A stretch of 64,000 nucleotides of DNA from Hypanus sabinus (taxonomy: Eukaryota). The stretch's first letter is position 1. The number at the start of each line of letters is the position of its first letter. Below are positions 27,118 to 38,622 of the stretch, piece after piece. A program made the translations under genes and the position numbers. The stretch covers positions 3,720,001 to 3,784,000 of the forward strand of contig NC_082730.1 in the NCBI RefSeq assembly GCF_030144855.1, in the 5' to 3' direction. The notes below the pieces were generated by a model, which saw only the letters and a list, made by a program, of their open reading frames with translations, was not told the origin of the DNA and did not search any database.

Positions 27118-27155
27118 CTGTCAACGTTTCGGGCTGAGACCCTTCATCAGGACTC
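27118..27155 (-). ncRNA. Minimal type I hammerhead ribozyme (intact core, GUU site) in PLE 3' end (~27005-27155)
   Basis: GTC-CTGATGA-A-GGG-TCTCAG-CCC-GAAAC-GTT-GAC. Confidence 0.8.
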
Positions 27156-27448
27156 AAGGTCCTTCTCATCACTGTGTGAGAGGGGGACAAGATAGTTAAA
27201 TACAGACATTGCTTCTGGTCTTGTTCAGCCCCTCACTCACACCACTACCTGACCCTGAGTACCAAGGGACTGCACGGTCCCATCACACATGCTCAGTGCA
27301 GTTAGACAAAGTTAAACTCCATCTTGTCTGTTTGGAATCACACCCTACCAGAGTACAGGTTAGATATGGAAACTCCCTCGACAGTGTTCTGTCACACACT
27401 CCCAAGATTTAATTAGACACAGAATACAAGGACACAGGTTAGACACTG

Positions 27449-27450
27449 TT

Positions 27451-27488
<38 letters not shown>

Positions 27489-27520
27489 CCTCCCCCTCTC
27501 TCTCTCCCTCTCCCTCCCTC
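27449..27520. repeat. (CT)n microsatellite / pyrimidine tract
   Basis: Direct reading. Confidence 0.9.
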
Positions 27521-27699
27521 ATGAAATATGTCTTACCTCACCAGTGTCCTGTCACACAGACTCAAAACACTGGTGAGGTAGAAATAAAATTAACTCATTA
27601 TTGTTCAGTTACACCTTTGCAGAGTACAGCTTGCACGTTGCCTCCCAGATCTAATTGGGATGTTAGTGGAGTGGTGAAGTTCATTGTAGTTGATAGGAC

Positions 27700-28460
27700 A
27701 GTAGGTGTTGCCTAAGTGAACTTCAGCATAGTATTTGATAAGGTCCCTCATGGCTGGTTGAAAGATTAAATCATCTGCTATCCATGACCACTTGTTAAAT
27801 AGGATCCAGAATTGTCTCGGTCACAGAAACCAGGGAGATGGTTGAAGAATGTCATTCTCACTGGAGGTCTGTGCCTGGCTGTGTTCTGCAAAGGTCATTT
27901 CTGTTTGTAAAACTGTATACATTGATGATTTAGCTGAGAATGTCAGTAGGTTTGCAAATGACACAAACAAATTGATGTGCATAACAAAGAAGATTGTCAA
28001 AGGATGCAGGAGTATGTCGATCAGTTGCAAGCTTGGGTGGGGTAATAGCAGATTGCTGCGGGAGGAAGCTGCTCTTGTGCTGTGCATTGGAGGCTGCCAC
28101 TTACAGAAGGGGGGAGCTGGTTGTGAAGAGAATTCATTAAATAAAAATGCATCTTGATAGTTGTTTTTAGAGAACGTCTGTTACAAAAGACAGATGGTTG
28201 TGACACTGGATAGAGGTGGAACTATCAGAACAATAGGGGCTATACTCTTAGCTTCTTGTAGAGGCAAACAAATACTGGGCTTTGTTAGCAGGAGGCTGGA
28301 ATTTAGAAATGGGGAAGTGTTGTTACAGTTGTACAGGATGTTGATGAAACTGCACCGTGAGTGCTGCACACTCAAGTTCACCATATTTGAGTTCACTGTA
28401 TGAATTTATTTAGGTCACTGTACTTAAGGAAGGTCATCGGAGGTAGCCTGAATGAGATTC
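27700..28460 (+). mobile_element. Highly degenerate CR1 RT fragment
   Basis: FDKVPH, YIDDL, RFANDT remnants; QLYRML...CC motif. Confidence 0.6.
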
Positions 28461-30245
28461 ACCAGGCTATTTTGTAGAATGAGCAGACAGTTCTTCCATG
28501 AAGAGCTAATGGTTCAGATTCAGATGTATTTATTGTCATGTACGGTACCATGTAAACATAAACTGTAGTTGGGGAGCCTAAGACTTTTGCACACGACTGC
28601 AGTAACTTTATGTATTGCACTGTACTGCTGCTGCCAAAAGAAACTATTTTCATGACAAAGGAGTGATGATAAACCTGATCCTGATATGGGTCTCTATTGT
28701 GGACTGAGAGTGGGAAGGGCACAGGAGAGACAGGAATCGTGGTTGGATAATGGAGGGTGGACGGAGCAGGAGGCATCAGAGAGACATTCTGTGAAGGTCA
28801 ATAAACTGATTGTAATGAATTAAATAAATTTGCCTGGTGACCCCGGACTGGGTGTGACTGCTCCTGGTCTACACCCCACCACCACTGGCACTTTCTCTGC
28901 CACCTGTCCCGCACCCCTCCTGCAGTGCTCCACCCTCCACATTTCCAGCATCCTTTGTTCCCGACAGATTTACAATCTTGCTCACTGCTCCACATTGACA
29001 AATAATGTACTGAGCAAAAAGTCTTAGGTACTCTAGCTATATATATGTGACTAAGACCTTGGCATAGTACTGTACACCAGAATACAACGGAATTCCTTTC
29101 TCACATGAAGTTCAGCATAGATGGTAATAATAAACACAATAATACATGTAGTGAAGTATGCAAAACTACAACAATGTGCAAATTTCAATGGAGTTGTGTA
29201 CAATCTGAAGTAACACACAGAATGCTGAAGAAACTCAATAAGTCAGCACCGTACATGGAGGGGAAGATGCAGTTAACGTTTCAAACTGAAATCCTTCATC
29301 AAGACAATCTGAACTTGTGCAAAAAGAAATGCCAAAAGCAAGTATTATTTATTAATAAAACAGTATTTATTTATAATAATTATGTTTACAAAAACAAACA
29401 ATAATAGTTTTATATAAAATTAATTACAGTCATATGTATAACACCAATAACAAATGATGGAATAACTGAGTGAGGTAGAATTAAGGGACTTTGTAAATGG
29501 TAACCTCACTGGGAAGAGATATGTGAAAGAGATTATTGGCTCAGAAGTCTTATAATTGGGCAGAAGCTCATCTTGAGCTGTTCAGACTTTTAAGACTATG
29601 AACTTTCTCCCAGAAGGTAGGGACAAAGGACTGGCCCAGATGGCATTCATCTCTGACAATGCTGTTCGCCCTCCTGAAGCAATACACCATGCAGGAGGAC
29701 TGGATGGATGGAGGTGAGGAGGCATGATAAACTGGGCAATGTTACCTTTCTACAGGTTCAGTCAGACCAGAGCAGAACAGATGCCATACCAGGCTGAAAG
29801 GCAACCTTTCAGGAGTTTCTCAATGACACATCTGTGGAAGTTTGGGAGAATTCTTGTGGACAAGCCGAATCAACTCAGATACGGAAGGAAGTGCTTGCAC
29901 TGATGTGCTTTCCTGATCACTGCGTCACTGTGCAGGAGACACGAAGCCCAGTGAGCCCAAACATTGAGACCTGGAGGTTGCTGTCCGCCTGGGAGATAAG
30001 ACCAAAGAAATAAGAAATCTGGAAATCGAGGACCGATGGCTGATGCCCTGGGCCTATGAGTCTGAAGTCCATTGGGAAGTCAGTTTGCCTGCGAGTCGAC
30101 TGGAGAGAGTACTCCCCGAGGTCTGTCATCAGATGGGAGGACTGTTGGTATGGCTGGTTGGGAGGGAGGAAGAGGTCTTATTCTGCTATTCACACGAAAT
30201 GCTAGTAGAACACAGCATGCTAGGCAGCATCTATAGGGAGAAGCG

Positions 30246-30283
30246 CTGTCGACGTTTCGGGCTGTGACCCTTCGTCAGGACAG
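30246..30283 (-). ncRNA. Minimal type I hammerhead ribozyme (fully intact, GUC site) in PLE 3' end (~30190-30283)
   Basis: CTGTC-CTGACGA-A-GGG-TCACAG-CCC-GAAAC-GTC-GACAG: 5-bp stem I, conserved core, 3-bp stem II, palindromic ACGT stem III. Confidence 0.88.
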
Positions 30284-30589
30284 TGATAAAAAGCTGAGTG
30301 TTGGAGGAAATGTGATCCAAGTGACTTTGACAGTGGAATAATTGTGATGCCAGATGGTGGCTTCAGTATCTCAGAACCTGCTGATTCCTGGGATTTTCAC
30401 ATACAATAGTTTATAGAATTCCCAAAGAATTATGCAAGAAACAAAAAATAAACATCCTGTGAGTAGCAGTTGTGTGGGAGAAAGGACAGAGAAGAATGAC
30501 CATTCTGCTTCAAGCTGACAGGAAGGTGACAAATAACACAAATAACCACATGTTGCAACAGCACTGTGCAATACAGCATCTCCTAATTC

Positions 30590-32780
30590 AAAACCTGTTG
30601 AACTTTGAAGTGGATGGGCTACAGCAGCACGAGACTAGAACAGATTGCTGTGTGGCCACTTTATTACCATATAACAATTACAGCATGGAAACAGGCCATC
30701 TCGGCCCTTCTAGTCAGTGCCGAAAGCTTACTCTCAGCTAGTCCCACCTACCTGCACTCAGCCCATAACCCTCCACTCCTTTCCTGCCAATATACCTATC
30801 CAATTTTTTTTAATGACAAAATCGAACATACCTCTACCACTTCTACTGGAAGCTTGTTCCACACAGCTCCCACACTCTGAGTGGTGGCCAGTGCTATCAT
30901 GTTTGCTGTTGTGTGCTGGGGCAGCAAGCGGAGGGTAGCAGACACCAACAGAATTAACAAACTCATTCGTAAGGCCAGTGATATTGTGGGGGTGGAACTG
31001 GACTCTCTGACAGTGGTGTCTGAAAAGAGGATGCTGTCCAAGTTGCATGCCATCTTAGACAATGATTCCCATCCACTCCATAATGTACTGGTTAGGCACA
31101 GGAGTACATTCAGCCAGAGACTCATTCCACTGAGATGCAACACTGAGCGTCATAGGAAGTCATTCCTACCGGTGGCCATCAAACTTTACAATTCCTCCCT
31201 CGGAGTGTCAGACACCCTGAGCCAATAGGCTGGTCCTGGACTTATTTCCACTTGGCATGATTAACATTATTATTTAAGTATTTGTGGTTTTATATTGCTA
31301 TATTTCTTCACTATTCCTGGTGCGGCTGTAATGAAACCCAATTTCCCTCAGGATCAATAAATATTGTCTACCTGTCTGTAAAGAAGTTCCCCCTCGTGTT
31401 ACCTGTAAACTCTCAACTCATGTCCTCTTGTTTGAATCTCCCCTGCTCTCAATGCAAAAAGCTTATCCACATCAACTCTATCTATCCCCCTCATAAATTT
31501 AAATACCTCTATCAAGTCCCCACTCAACCTTCTGCACTCCAAAGAATAAAGACCTAACTTGTTCAACCTTTCTCTGTAACTTAGGTGCTGAAACCCAGGT
31601 AACATTCTCGTAAGTCTCCTCTGTACTCTCTCTATTTTGTTGACATCTTTCCTATAATTCAGTGACCAGAACTGTACACAATAATCCAAATTTGGCCTCA
31701 CCAGTGCCTTGTACAATTTTAACATTACATCCCAACTCCTAAACTCAATGCACTGATTTATAAAGGCCAGCATACCAAAAGCTTTCTTCACCACCCTCTC
31801 CACATGAGAATCCACCTTCAGGGAACTATGCACCATTATTCCTAGATCACTCTGTTGTACTGCATTCCTCAATGCCCTACTATTTCCCACGTATGTCATA
31901 TTTTGATTATTCCTATCAAAATGTGGGACCTCAAACTTATCAGCATTAAACTCCATCTGTCATCTTTCAGCCCACTCTTCTAACTGGCCTAAGTCACTCT
32001 GCAAGCTTTGAAAACCTACTTCATTATCCACAATGCCACCTATCTTAGAATTATATGCATACTTACTAATCCAATTTACGATCCCATCATCCAGATCAAT
32101 AATGACAAACAACATTGGACCCAGTACAGATCCCTGAGGCACACCACTAGACACCGGCCTCCAACCTGACAAACAGTTATCCACCACTACTCTCTGGCAT
32201 CTCCCATCCAGCCACTGTTGAATCCATTTCACTACTTCAATATTAATACCTAACGATTGAACCTTCCGAACTAACCTTCCGTGCGTAACCTTGTCAATGG
32301 CCTTACTGAAGTCCATATAGACAACATCCACCGCTTTGCCCTCATCAACTTTCCTAGTAACCTCTTCAACAAATTCAATAAGATTTGTCAAACATGACCT
32401 TCCACGCACAAATCCACATTGGCTGCTCCTATTCAGACCCTGTCGATCCAGGTAATTATATTTACCATCTCTAAGAATACTTTGCATTAACTTACCACTG
32501 ACATCAAACTTACAGGCCGATAATTGCTAGGTTTACTCTTACAACACTTTTTAAACAACGGAACCACATGAGCAATACACCAATCCTCCAGCACCATCCC
32601 CATTTCTAATGACATTTGAAATATTTTTGTCAGAGCCCCTAATATTTCTACACTAACTTCCATCAAGGTTCTAGGGAAAATCCTCTCAGGACTTGGAGAC
32701 TTATCCACTTTTATATTCTTTAAAACCTCTAGTACTTCCTCTTCTTTAATCATCATAGTTTCCATAACTACCCTACTGCC
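30590..32780 (-). mobile_element. CR1 ORF2 fragment interrupted by a Rex/Babar insertion
   Basis: NYRPVSL, GVPQGSVLGP, SKYA, LYKALVRPNLDYC, RGHEL; ccacactctgagtg...aaagaagttcccc split by insert at ~30880-31380. Confidence 0.88.
30881..31375 (+). mobile_element. Rex1/Babar-type LINE 3' fragment nested in CR1
   Basis: VASAIMFAVVCWG...INKLIRKASDIVG...HPLH...RKSFLPVAIKLYN; (ctgt)n tail. Confidence 0.82.
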
Positions 32781-33959
32781 TGGGATGTGAGGGTCCCTGA
32801 TGATGGATGCTGCTTTCCTGCAATAGCATTCCATGTAGATGTACTTAATGGTAGGACCACATTACCCTTGATGGTTGGGCCATATACACTACCTTCTTCT
32901 AAGATATTCCAAACAAGGACATTGCTGTTTCCATAACAGGCTCTGATACAGTCAATCAATATGCTGTCCATGACACAGTTATTGAAGTTTGTTGAGATTT
33001 TAGATGTCATGTTGAATCTTTGCAAACTCCAATGGAAGTAAATACGCTGCCGATCTTTCTTCACAATTGCACTTTAGTGTTACGCAGGACTGATCCTCTT
33101 AAATAACACCATGGAATTTAAAGTCGTTGTCCCTTGACACTCACTGATCTGCTGATGAGTTCTGGCTCATGGTTTCCGCCTTTCACAGCCAATAATCAGC
33201 TCTTGGTCACCAGAACAGAAGCCAGAGGCGCAAGGCTGAATGACTCCCTGTCACCTCTCCCCTTCTCCCCATTCCCCATCATCCACCCCTCCACTTTTCC
33301 CCGTCAGTCTCATTCCTCCTCACTGCACACATTTGGATGGGTAGGTGGAATGGAAAACAGAGGGGATGAGGTATGGAATACAGGGAGAGGAGGGAGGAGG
33401 AACAGTTGGGGACAGATGGTGGAGGGAAGGAGTGACAAAAGGCGGAGGGATTGAGGGGACACAAGAGAGTTGTTTGAGGGAGAGATATGGAGTGTGGATG
33501 GGGAGAGGTGTGAGGAGACAAGGAGTGGTTGAAGAGGCAAGATAGGGAAAGTATGAAAGTCAGAAGGGTGGAGGGAGGGAAGGATAAAGACTGGGAGGGG
33601 CAGCATGGAGAGCAGGCAGAGCAAATGAAGAAGGGAGGCAAAGAGAGGAGTGGGCTTATCTGAGGAGCAGAGTGGAATTTGAGGTGCTGAAATGGAGGAA
33701 CCTGGAACAGAGCAGGTAAGACCAGCAGCGAGAGGAAGTGACAGGAGATTAGGACCAGGTGGGCAGGAGGGATGGTGGGAGGCTGTGAGGGAGGTGGAAG
33801 GATGGGTGCATTTGGAGACAGTAGGAGAAAGAGGAACGGAAAAAAAGAGTGGGATTTGAGGGTGGTGAGAGAGAAGGACTATAAGATGAGACCTCTGTGG
33901 GGAGAATAATGCAGGATTAGGACCAGGAGTGAACATGTGCTTGACCACTGATCATTGGA

Positions 33960-34870
33960 ATTAATGGAACTGCAAACCCTTTCCCAAAGGATGGCACAAC
34001 ATCCCAGCAGCTGCCAAGCATCACTGATCGATCTATGAAGAGACAGGAATCTGCTGATGCTGAAACCTGAAGCAACAGACTATCTGCTGGAGGAACTTAA
34101 TGGTTGGCCAGAATTTATGGAGGGAAATGCACAGTCACAGTTTCGAGATGAGACTCTTCACAGGACTGAAGATTGAGGGAGAGTGGTCAATATAAAGAAA
34201 GAGTGAAAGGAGGAGGTGGTGTCAGGTGACTGCTGGATCCAGATGATGGGATGAAAGGCAGAAGAAGGAGAGGAGAGCTGAAATAGTGACAAAGGCTCGG
34301 AGGTGATAGGTGGAGGAGATGAAGAGCTGCAAATAATGGAATCTGATAGAAAATGAAGTGGAACGTGGAACCAAATAAGGGAGGTGGGGGGGGGGGACCC
34401 AGTGGGAGGAGTGTGTAGGTGATAGGCAGATGGAGAGGATGGAGGAAGGGAAAGAAGGAGGAAAGAAATGGATTGATGGGTGGCAGGGAAGGTATGCTGG
34501 GTGTAGGAGGAACTGGGCAGATTTGTTTAAAGTAAGGGAATGGAGGAGGAGCAGTTTATCTGAGATTGGAGAATTCAGTCATAGACATGGCATTGGGTTG
34601 TAGACTACCCAGCCAGAATACAAGGTTCTGTTCTTCTAGTTGTGACTGGCCTCATCCTAGCAGTGGAGGAGGATAAGGGCAGACATGTCAGAATGGGAAC
34701 GGAGACAAGATTTAAAATGACTCAGTCTGTTCTTCATCTCACCAGTATACAGGAGGTCTCCATGAGGTAGACAAGGTTGGAGGAGGGGCCTGTGAATGTC
34801 TGCCTCATTTGGAAGGTGATGAAGGAGGGAGTAGGTGTAAGGACAAGTTACACCTCCTACAATCACAGAA
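33960..34870 (-). mobile_element. Penelope-like fragment with GIY-YIG remnant and degenerate hammerhead (34132-34168)
   Basis: DLLYTGEMK...SHSDMSALILLHC; CAGTC-CTGTGA-A-GAG..CTC-GAAAC-TGT-GACTG. Confidence 0.7.
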
Positions 34871-34926
34871 CAAAGTGTCCGGGGAGGGGCTGGGATGGGT
34901 GAGCTAGTGAATCATTGAGATCTGGT

Positions 34927-35105
34927 TCAGTGTACAGATATCCCCTGAGAGAGAGGGACTGACAGACACCGGTCAGTGTACAGATATCCCCTGAGAGAGA
35001 GGGACTGAGAGACTCCAGTCAGTGTACAGATATCCCCCTGAGAGAGAGGGACTGAGAGACTCCAGTCAGTGTACAGATATCCCCCTGAGAGAGAGGGACT
35101 GAAAG
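34927..35105. repeat. ~41-bp minisatellite (cagtgtacagatatcccctgagagagagggactgagagacaccggt); continues at 36060-36070 and 50865-50915
   Basis: About 4 tandem units, then interrupted by two LTR insertions. Confidence 0.85.
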
Positions 35106-36059
35106 TGTTACAAAAGATGCAGGCCTCTACTGTGAGAGTTACTTTAAGCACCTGAGTAAGGCGGGTCTATGATTTCAATCACAGCCTGCTGCAGNNNNNN
35201 NNNNNNNNNNNNNNNNNNNNNNNNNNNNNNNNNNNNNNNNNNNNNNNNNNNNNNNNNNNNNNNNNNNNNNNNNNNNNNNNNNNNNNNNNNNNNNNNNNNN
35301 NNNNNNNNNNNNNNNNNNNNNNNNNNNNNNNNNNNNNNNNNNNNNNNNNNNNNNNNNNNNNNNNNNNNNNNNNNNNNNNNNNNNNNNNNNNNNNNNNNNN
35401 NNNNNNNNNNNNNNNNNNNNNNNNNNNNNNNNNNNNNNNNNNNNNNNNNGAACTTCTGTTGCTGCTGTCATCGTAAGACTGGGAGTTCTGTGCTCTCCCA
35501 TGCCCAAAAGTTTGGGGTGATCATCAGCCCGCAGTGGACAATGGACATGTGACTGTCACTTCGTATAATCCATATGTGTGAATTTGGTGGAGTATCCTGT
35601 AGCATCTTTGGTTGGCCCTTACCTGGAATCGCGGTGTCATGTGGTAACCACTTGAAGACAATATTCCTGTGACTGTCACCTGGTGATATTTCTAAGTGAA
35701 TTTCAGAACGAATCGATGGAAAGGATCTTTGACGACTGTTATTTTGTTTTACCAGCATAGAACCTGTAAATCTTCATATCGTCCCCTCTCTACACACTTC
35801 TATGTGGATTACAAATCTCTCTCCCATAATTTTTCTGTTGATTACTGAATCTTATTAACTTGCCATCTTCAGACTTTAATAACTGTTTGTCAGCTTGACA
35901 AACACACACACACACACACGCACAAAACACTGTTAACTTTTGTTTATCTTGTTTAAGTTACTATATTATAAGTACATATTAATAACGATACTGCTTTTAA
36001 CATTAAAACCTGACTCAGTGTATAAACTCTTGCTGCTGGTATGTTACCAAATCGTAACA
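35106..36059. mobile_element. LTR-type insertion (probably solo LTR) spanning the assembly gap
   Basis: TGTTAC...GTAACA termini; flanks AAAG (35102-35105) and AGAG (36060-36063); true length unknown because of Ns. Confidence 0.65.
35195..35449. other. Assembly gap (255 N)
   Basis: Run of N. Confidence 1.
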
Positions 36060-36070
36060 AGAGACACTAG

Positions 36071-36946
36071 TGTTACATACCCGTGGGCATCTTGTACTTG
36101 TCACGTGACAGTGGTGTTGAAGCTATACTGGACCTAAGGTAATGATCTTGTGATGGTGGAGTGACATCATTTTCCTGCCAGTAGAGGTCACGTGACAGTT
36201 TTTTTCAACAGGATATCAAAGGAGGACCCCTCCCTGTGAGGAGGGGCAGTTTGTGGCTGGATTTGCCATTTTGACTCCATGCTATTGTGTGGTCCAATAT
36301 TATGATGCAGTTCCATTGAAAGGGGGAGTTTTATTTAATGCCTAAAGTTTAAAAGGTCATTGCCAGCAGTTTCTTTACAAACTGCCAGTTAAAATCAGTG
36401 GAGAGTGAAGAACAGAGTTCGGGAGCTAAAAGATCGAGGGAAGTTGATTTCGACGGTGAAACAGGTTCAACCTTGTTTGATTCTCATTCAGAAGGAATTT
36501 GTTGGCTGTGCCCATGTTAGCCCCTGCAATCAGAGCAGAAAGGGTTGGGTGCACAGTTTCATCGAGGAAAGGTCAGTGCCTTTAAGCTGTTTTATTTTCA
36601 TCTTCGTAAATTCTCCAGGAAAATATAGTTCGACTGCGAACTGCAGTAACACGACGTGAAAGAGAACATAAATCATCTAAAAAGTCTCTCCTTTAATGGA
36701 CTGTAAGCACTTTGAACTTTTGCAGTACCACTTTGAAGAACTGTTTTTCCAGCATCGCTTTAAGAACTGTTTTTGCTTTATCCCTTTCAGAACTGTTTAA
36801 GCTGCCACACAGCAGCTGATTTCCGGTTGCGTTAGTCATTTGTTTACTTTTGGGGTTTGTTTTTCAGTGTTTACTAAATGTTTTATTTGTTATTAAAAAA
36901 AAAACCCTGCCTCACTTATATATTTACTGCTGAAGAATCCTTAACA
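36071..36946 (+). repeat. Gypsy 5' LTR (876 bp)
   Basis: TGTTAC...TTAACA; first ~365 bp align with 50444-50808. Confidence 0.9.
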
Positions 36947-36952
36947 TAAATA

Positions 36953-36970
36953 TGGGGGCTCGTCCATGAT
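36953..36970 (+). promoter_or_regulatory. Primer-binding site complementary to tRNA-Pro
   Basis: TGGGGGCTCGTCCATGAT, 16/18 match to canonical TGGGGGCTCGTCCGGGAT. Confidence 0.88.
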
Positions 36971-37171
36971 ATACCATTCCTGAGTTCAAATGCTTGCTAA
37001 ACTTTGAATCGGTGTTTTGGAAAAGGGGAATACTCAATTCTTTTGTTTGATTGGCTTCTGAGTAGTATTTGGCAACAATGAATATTGATGAGTTTCTGGC
37101 TTCACCAGACACGGAGTTATTAGCGAAGGTGAAAAAAATGAGGTGTCTGAGATAGCTAGTAGATTGGAACT

Positions 37172-37716
37172 TGTCGTGGTTTTTCATGCCTCACAAATGA
37201 CCAGGAGATGCAGAAGATTCTTCAAGAAGGGTTAAACTTTAATTTGCAAATCAAAGCTGAGACAGTCATTGAGCTAGTCGCTGATTGCCCACCGATCCTT
37301 GGACATGGCATTTTTTATAGCAATCTCCTGGTCCAGTTGCATTAGCATATGTAATCGATCTATAGTTGCGTATTACACGTACTACACGTACATCATGTCC
37401 CTATTGTTCTTATAAATTGGCTTAATCATGTTCTAATCTACATCTCTTAGCTACCTTTCATTAACATACCATTGTCTTCTACATTTGTAAGACTTCAGTC
37501 TCCTACCAAATTGGGTACATGCATAGCAAATAATAAACTCAGAACTGAGCAATGTTCTAATCTACATTTCTTTAGCTGTTTAGCTACCTCTCATTAACAC
37601 ACCATTGTCTTCTACATTCCTAAGATTTCATTCTCCTACTAAATTGAGTACATGCGTTGCAAATAACTGACTTCATAATTAAAATTTATACTTTTATGCT
37701 CTTTTATACTCCAATA
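37172..37716 (-). repeat. ERV 3' LTR (545 bp)
   Basis: TATAAAA and ATTAAA on minus strand; ~125-bp U3 duplication. Confidence 0.93.
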
Positions 37717-38029
37717 TATCCCCCCCTTTGAGACCCAGAGGGTCTCACACAAAGAAATAAGACTAAGAGTCTGCGCACAAAAGCCTCAATAAACTCAAGC
37801 ACTTATTCCCAAATCTCGGGTTAAACTATAATTTTCTGCGCCAAGTCCTCAAAAGTATTCTCTCCTTGTTACAATGGGCCGCTGAGCCAAAAACCTGTCC
37901 CTTTGTACCTGAGACAGGGAAAAAGACTCATAAGCCCTTACAATCCACTCCCACACTGTCGCTTTGCTCTTGTTCATCCTGCAGGTGTTGTAGGCTGTAA
38001 CGATAACATTTTTGGTGTTTCTTTCTTCA

Positions 38030-38622
38030 CTAAGCTTGCTTCGGTAATTGCCACGAGCATTGGAAATTGGTTGCAGCACGCACTATAAGAGATTTGAGAC
38101 AAGGAAGAAAATAACACAGCACAAACGCACAGCTCAACAATATAATACTGACAGTTATTGCTATTTTAGTCAGCCATGCTCCCCATCTTCTGAGTCTACT
38201 TTCTAACCAATCAAAAAACTGATGTCCGAACCCTGCATTCTGTTTGACCTCCGTCCGCAGATTCTTTAATTTATTCATTGCTTTAGTAAATGATCCTTCT
38301 GGGCTAGTATTGTTCGGTATGAAAGTGCAGCATTGTTGTCCAAACATTACACACACACCCCCTTTTTCTGCCAAAAGCCAATCCACTACCTGTCTGTTTT
38401 GCCACACCATCCTGCTAGTTGCATCTCGCTGTTGCCCTAGGGCAACAGCTAGATGCAACTAGCAGGATGGCGTGGCAAAACAGACAGGTAGTGGATTAGT
38501 CCTCCAGTGCATCATCGGTGTAGTTGATGAACATCTGCTGATTATAGTATATATAGTTTATCCATTCAACATTTTTGCTTACCCCTATCACAAGTATGAT
38601 AGCTTCCCAGCCTGCAGCAATC
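38030..38622 (-). pseudogene. env: ERV env, TM subunit only (SU deleted), interrupted by inverted duplication
   Basis: NVEWINYIYYNQQMFINYTDDAL; ISD QNRQVVDWLLAEKGGVC; CX6CC CVMFGQQCC; membrane anchor IAITVSIILLSCAFVL. Confidence 0.9.

Noticed and set aside
33300-33950. 212-aa and 120-aa Pro/Ser/Leu-rich ORFs
   Set aside because: Low-complexity GA-rich tract lacking stops by composition.
35169-35552. ORFs spanning the N run
   Set aside because: Artefacts of the assembly gap.
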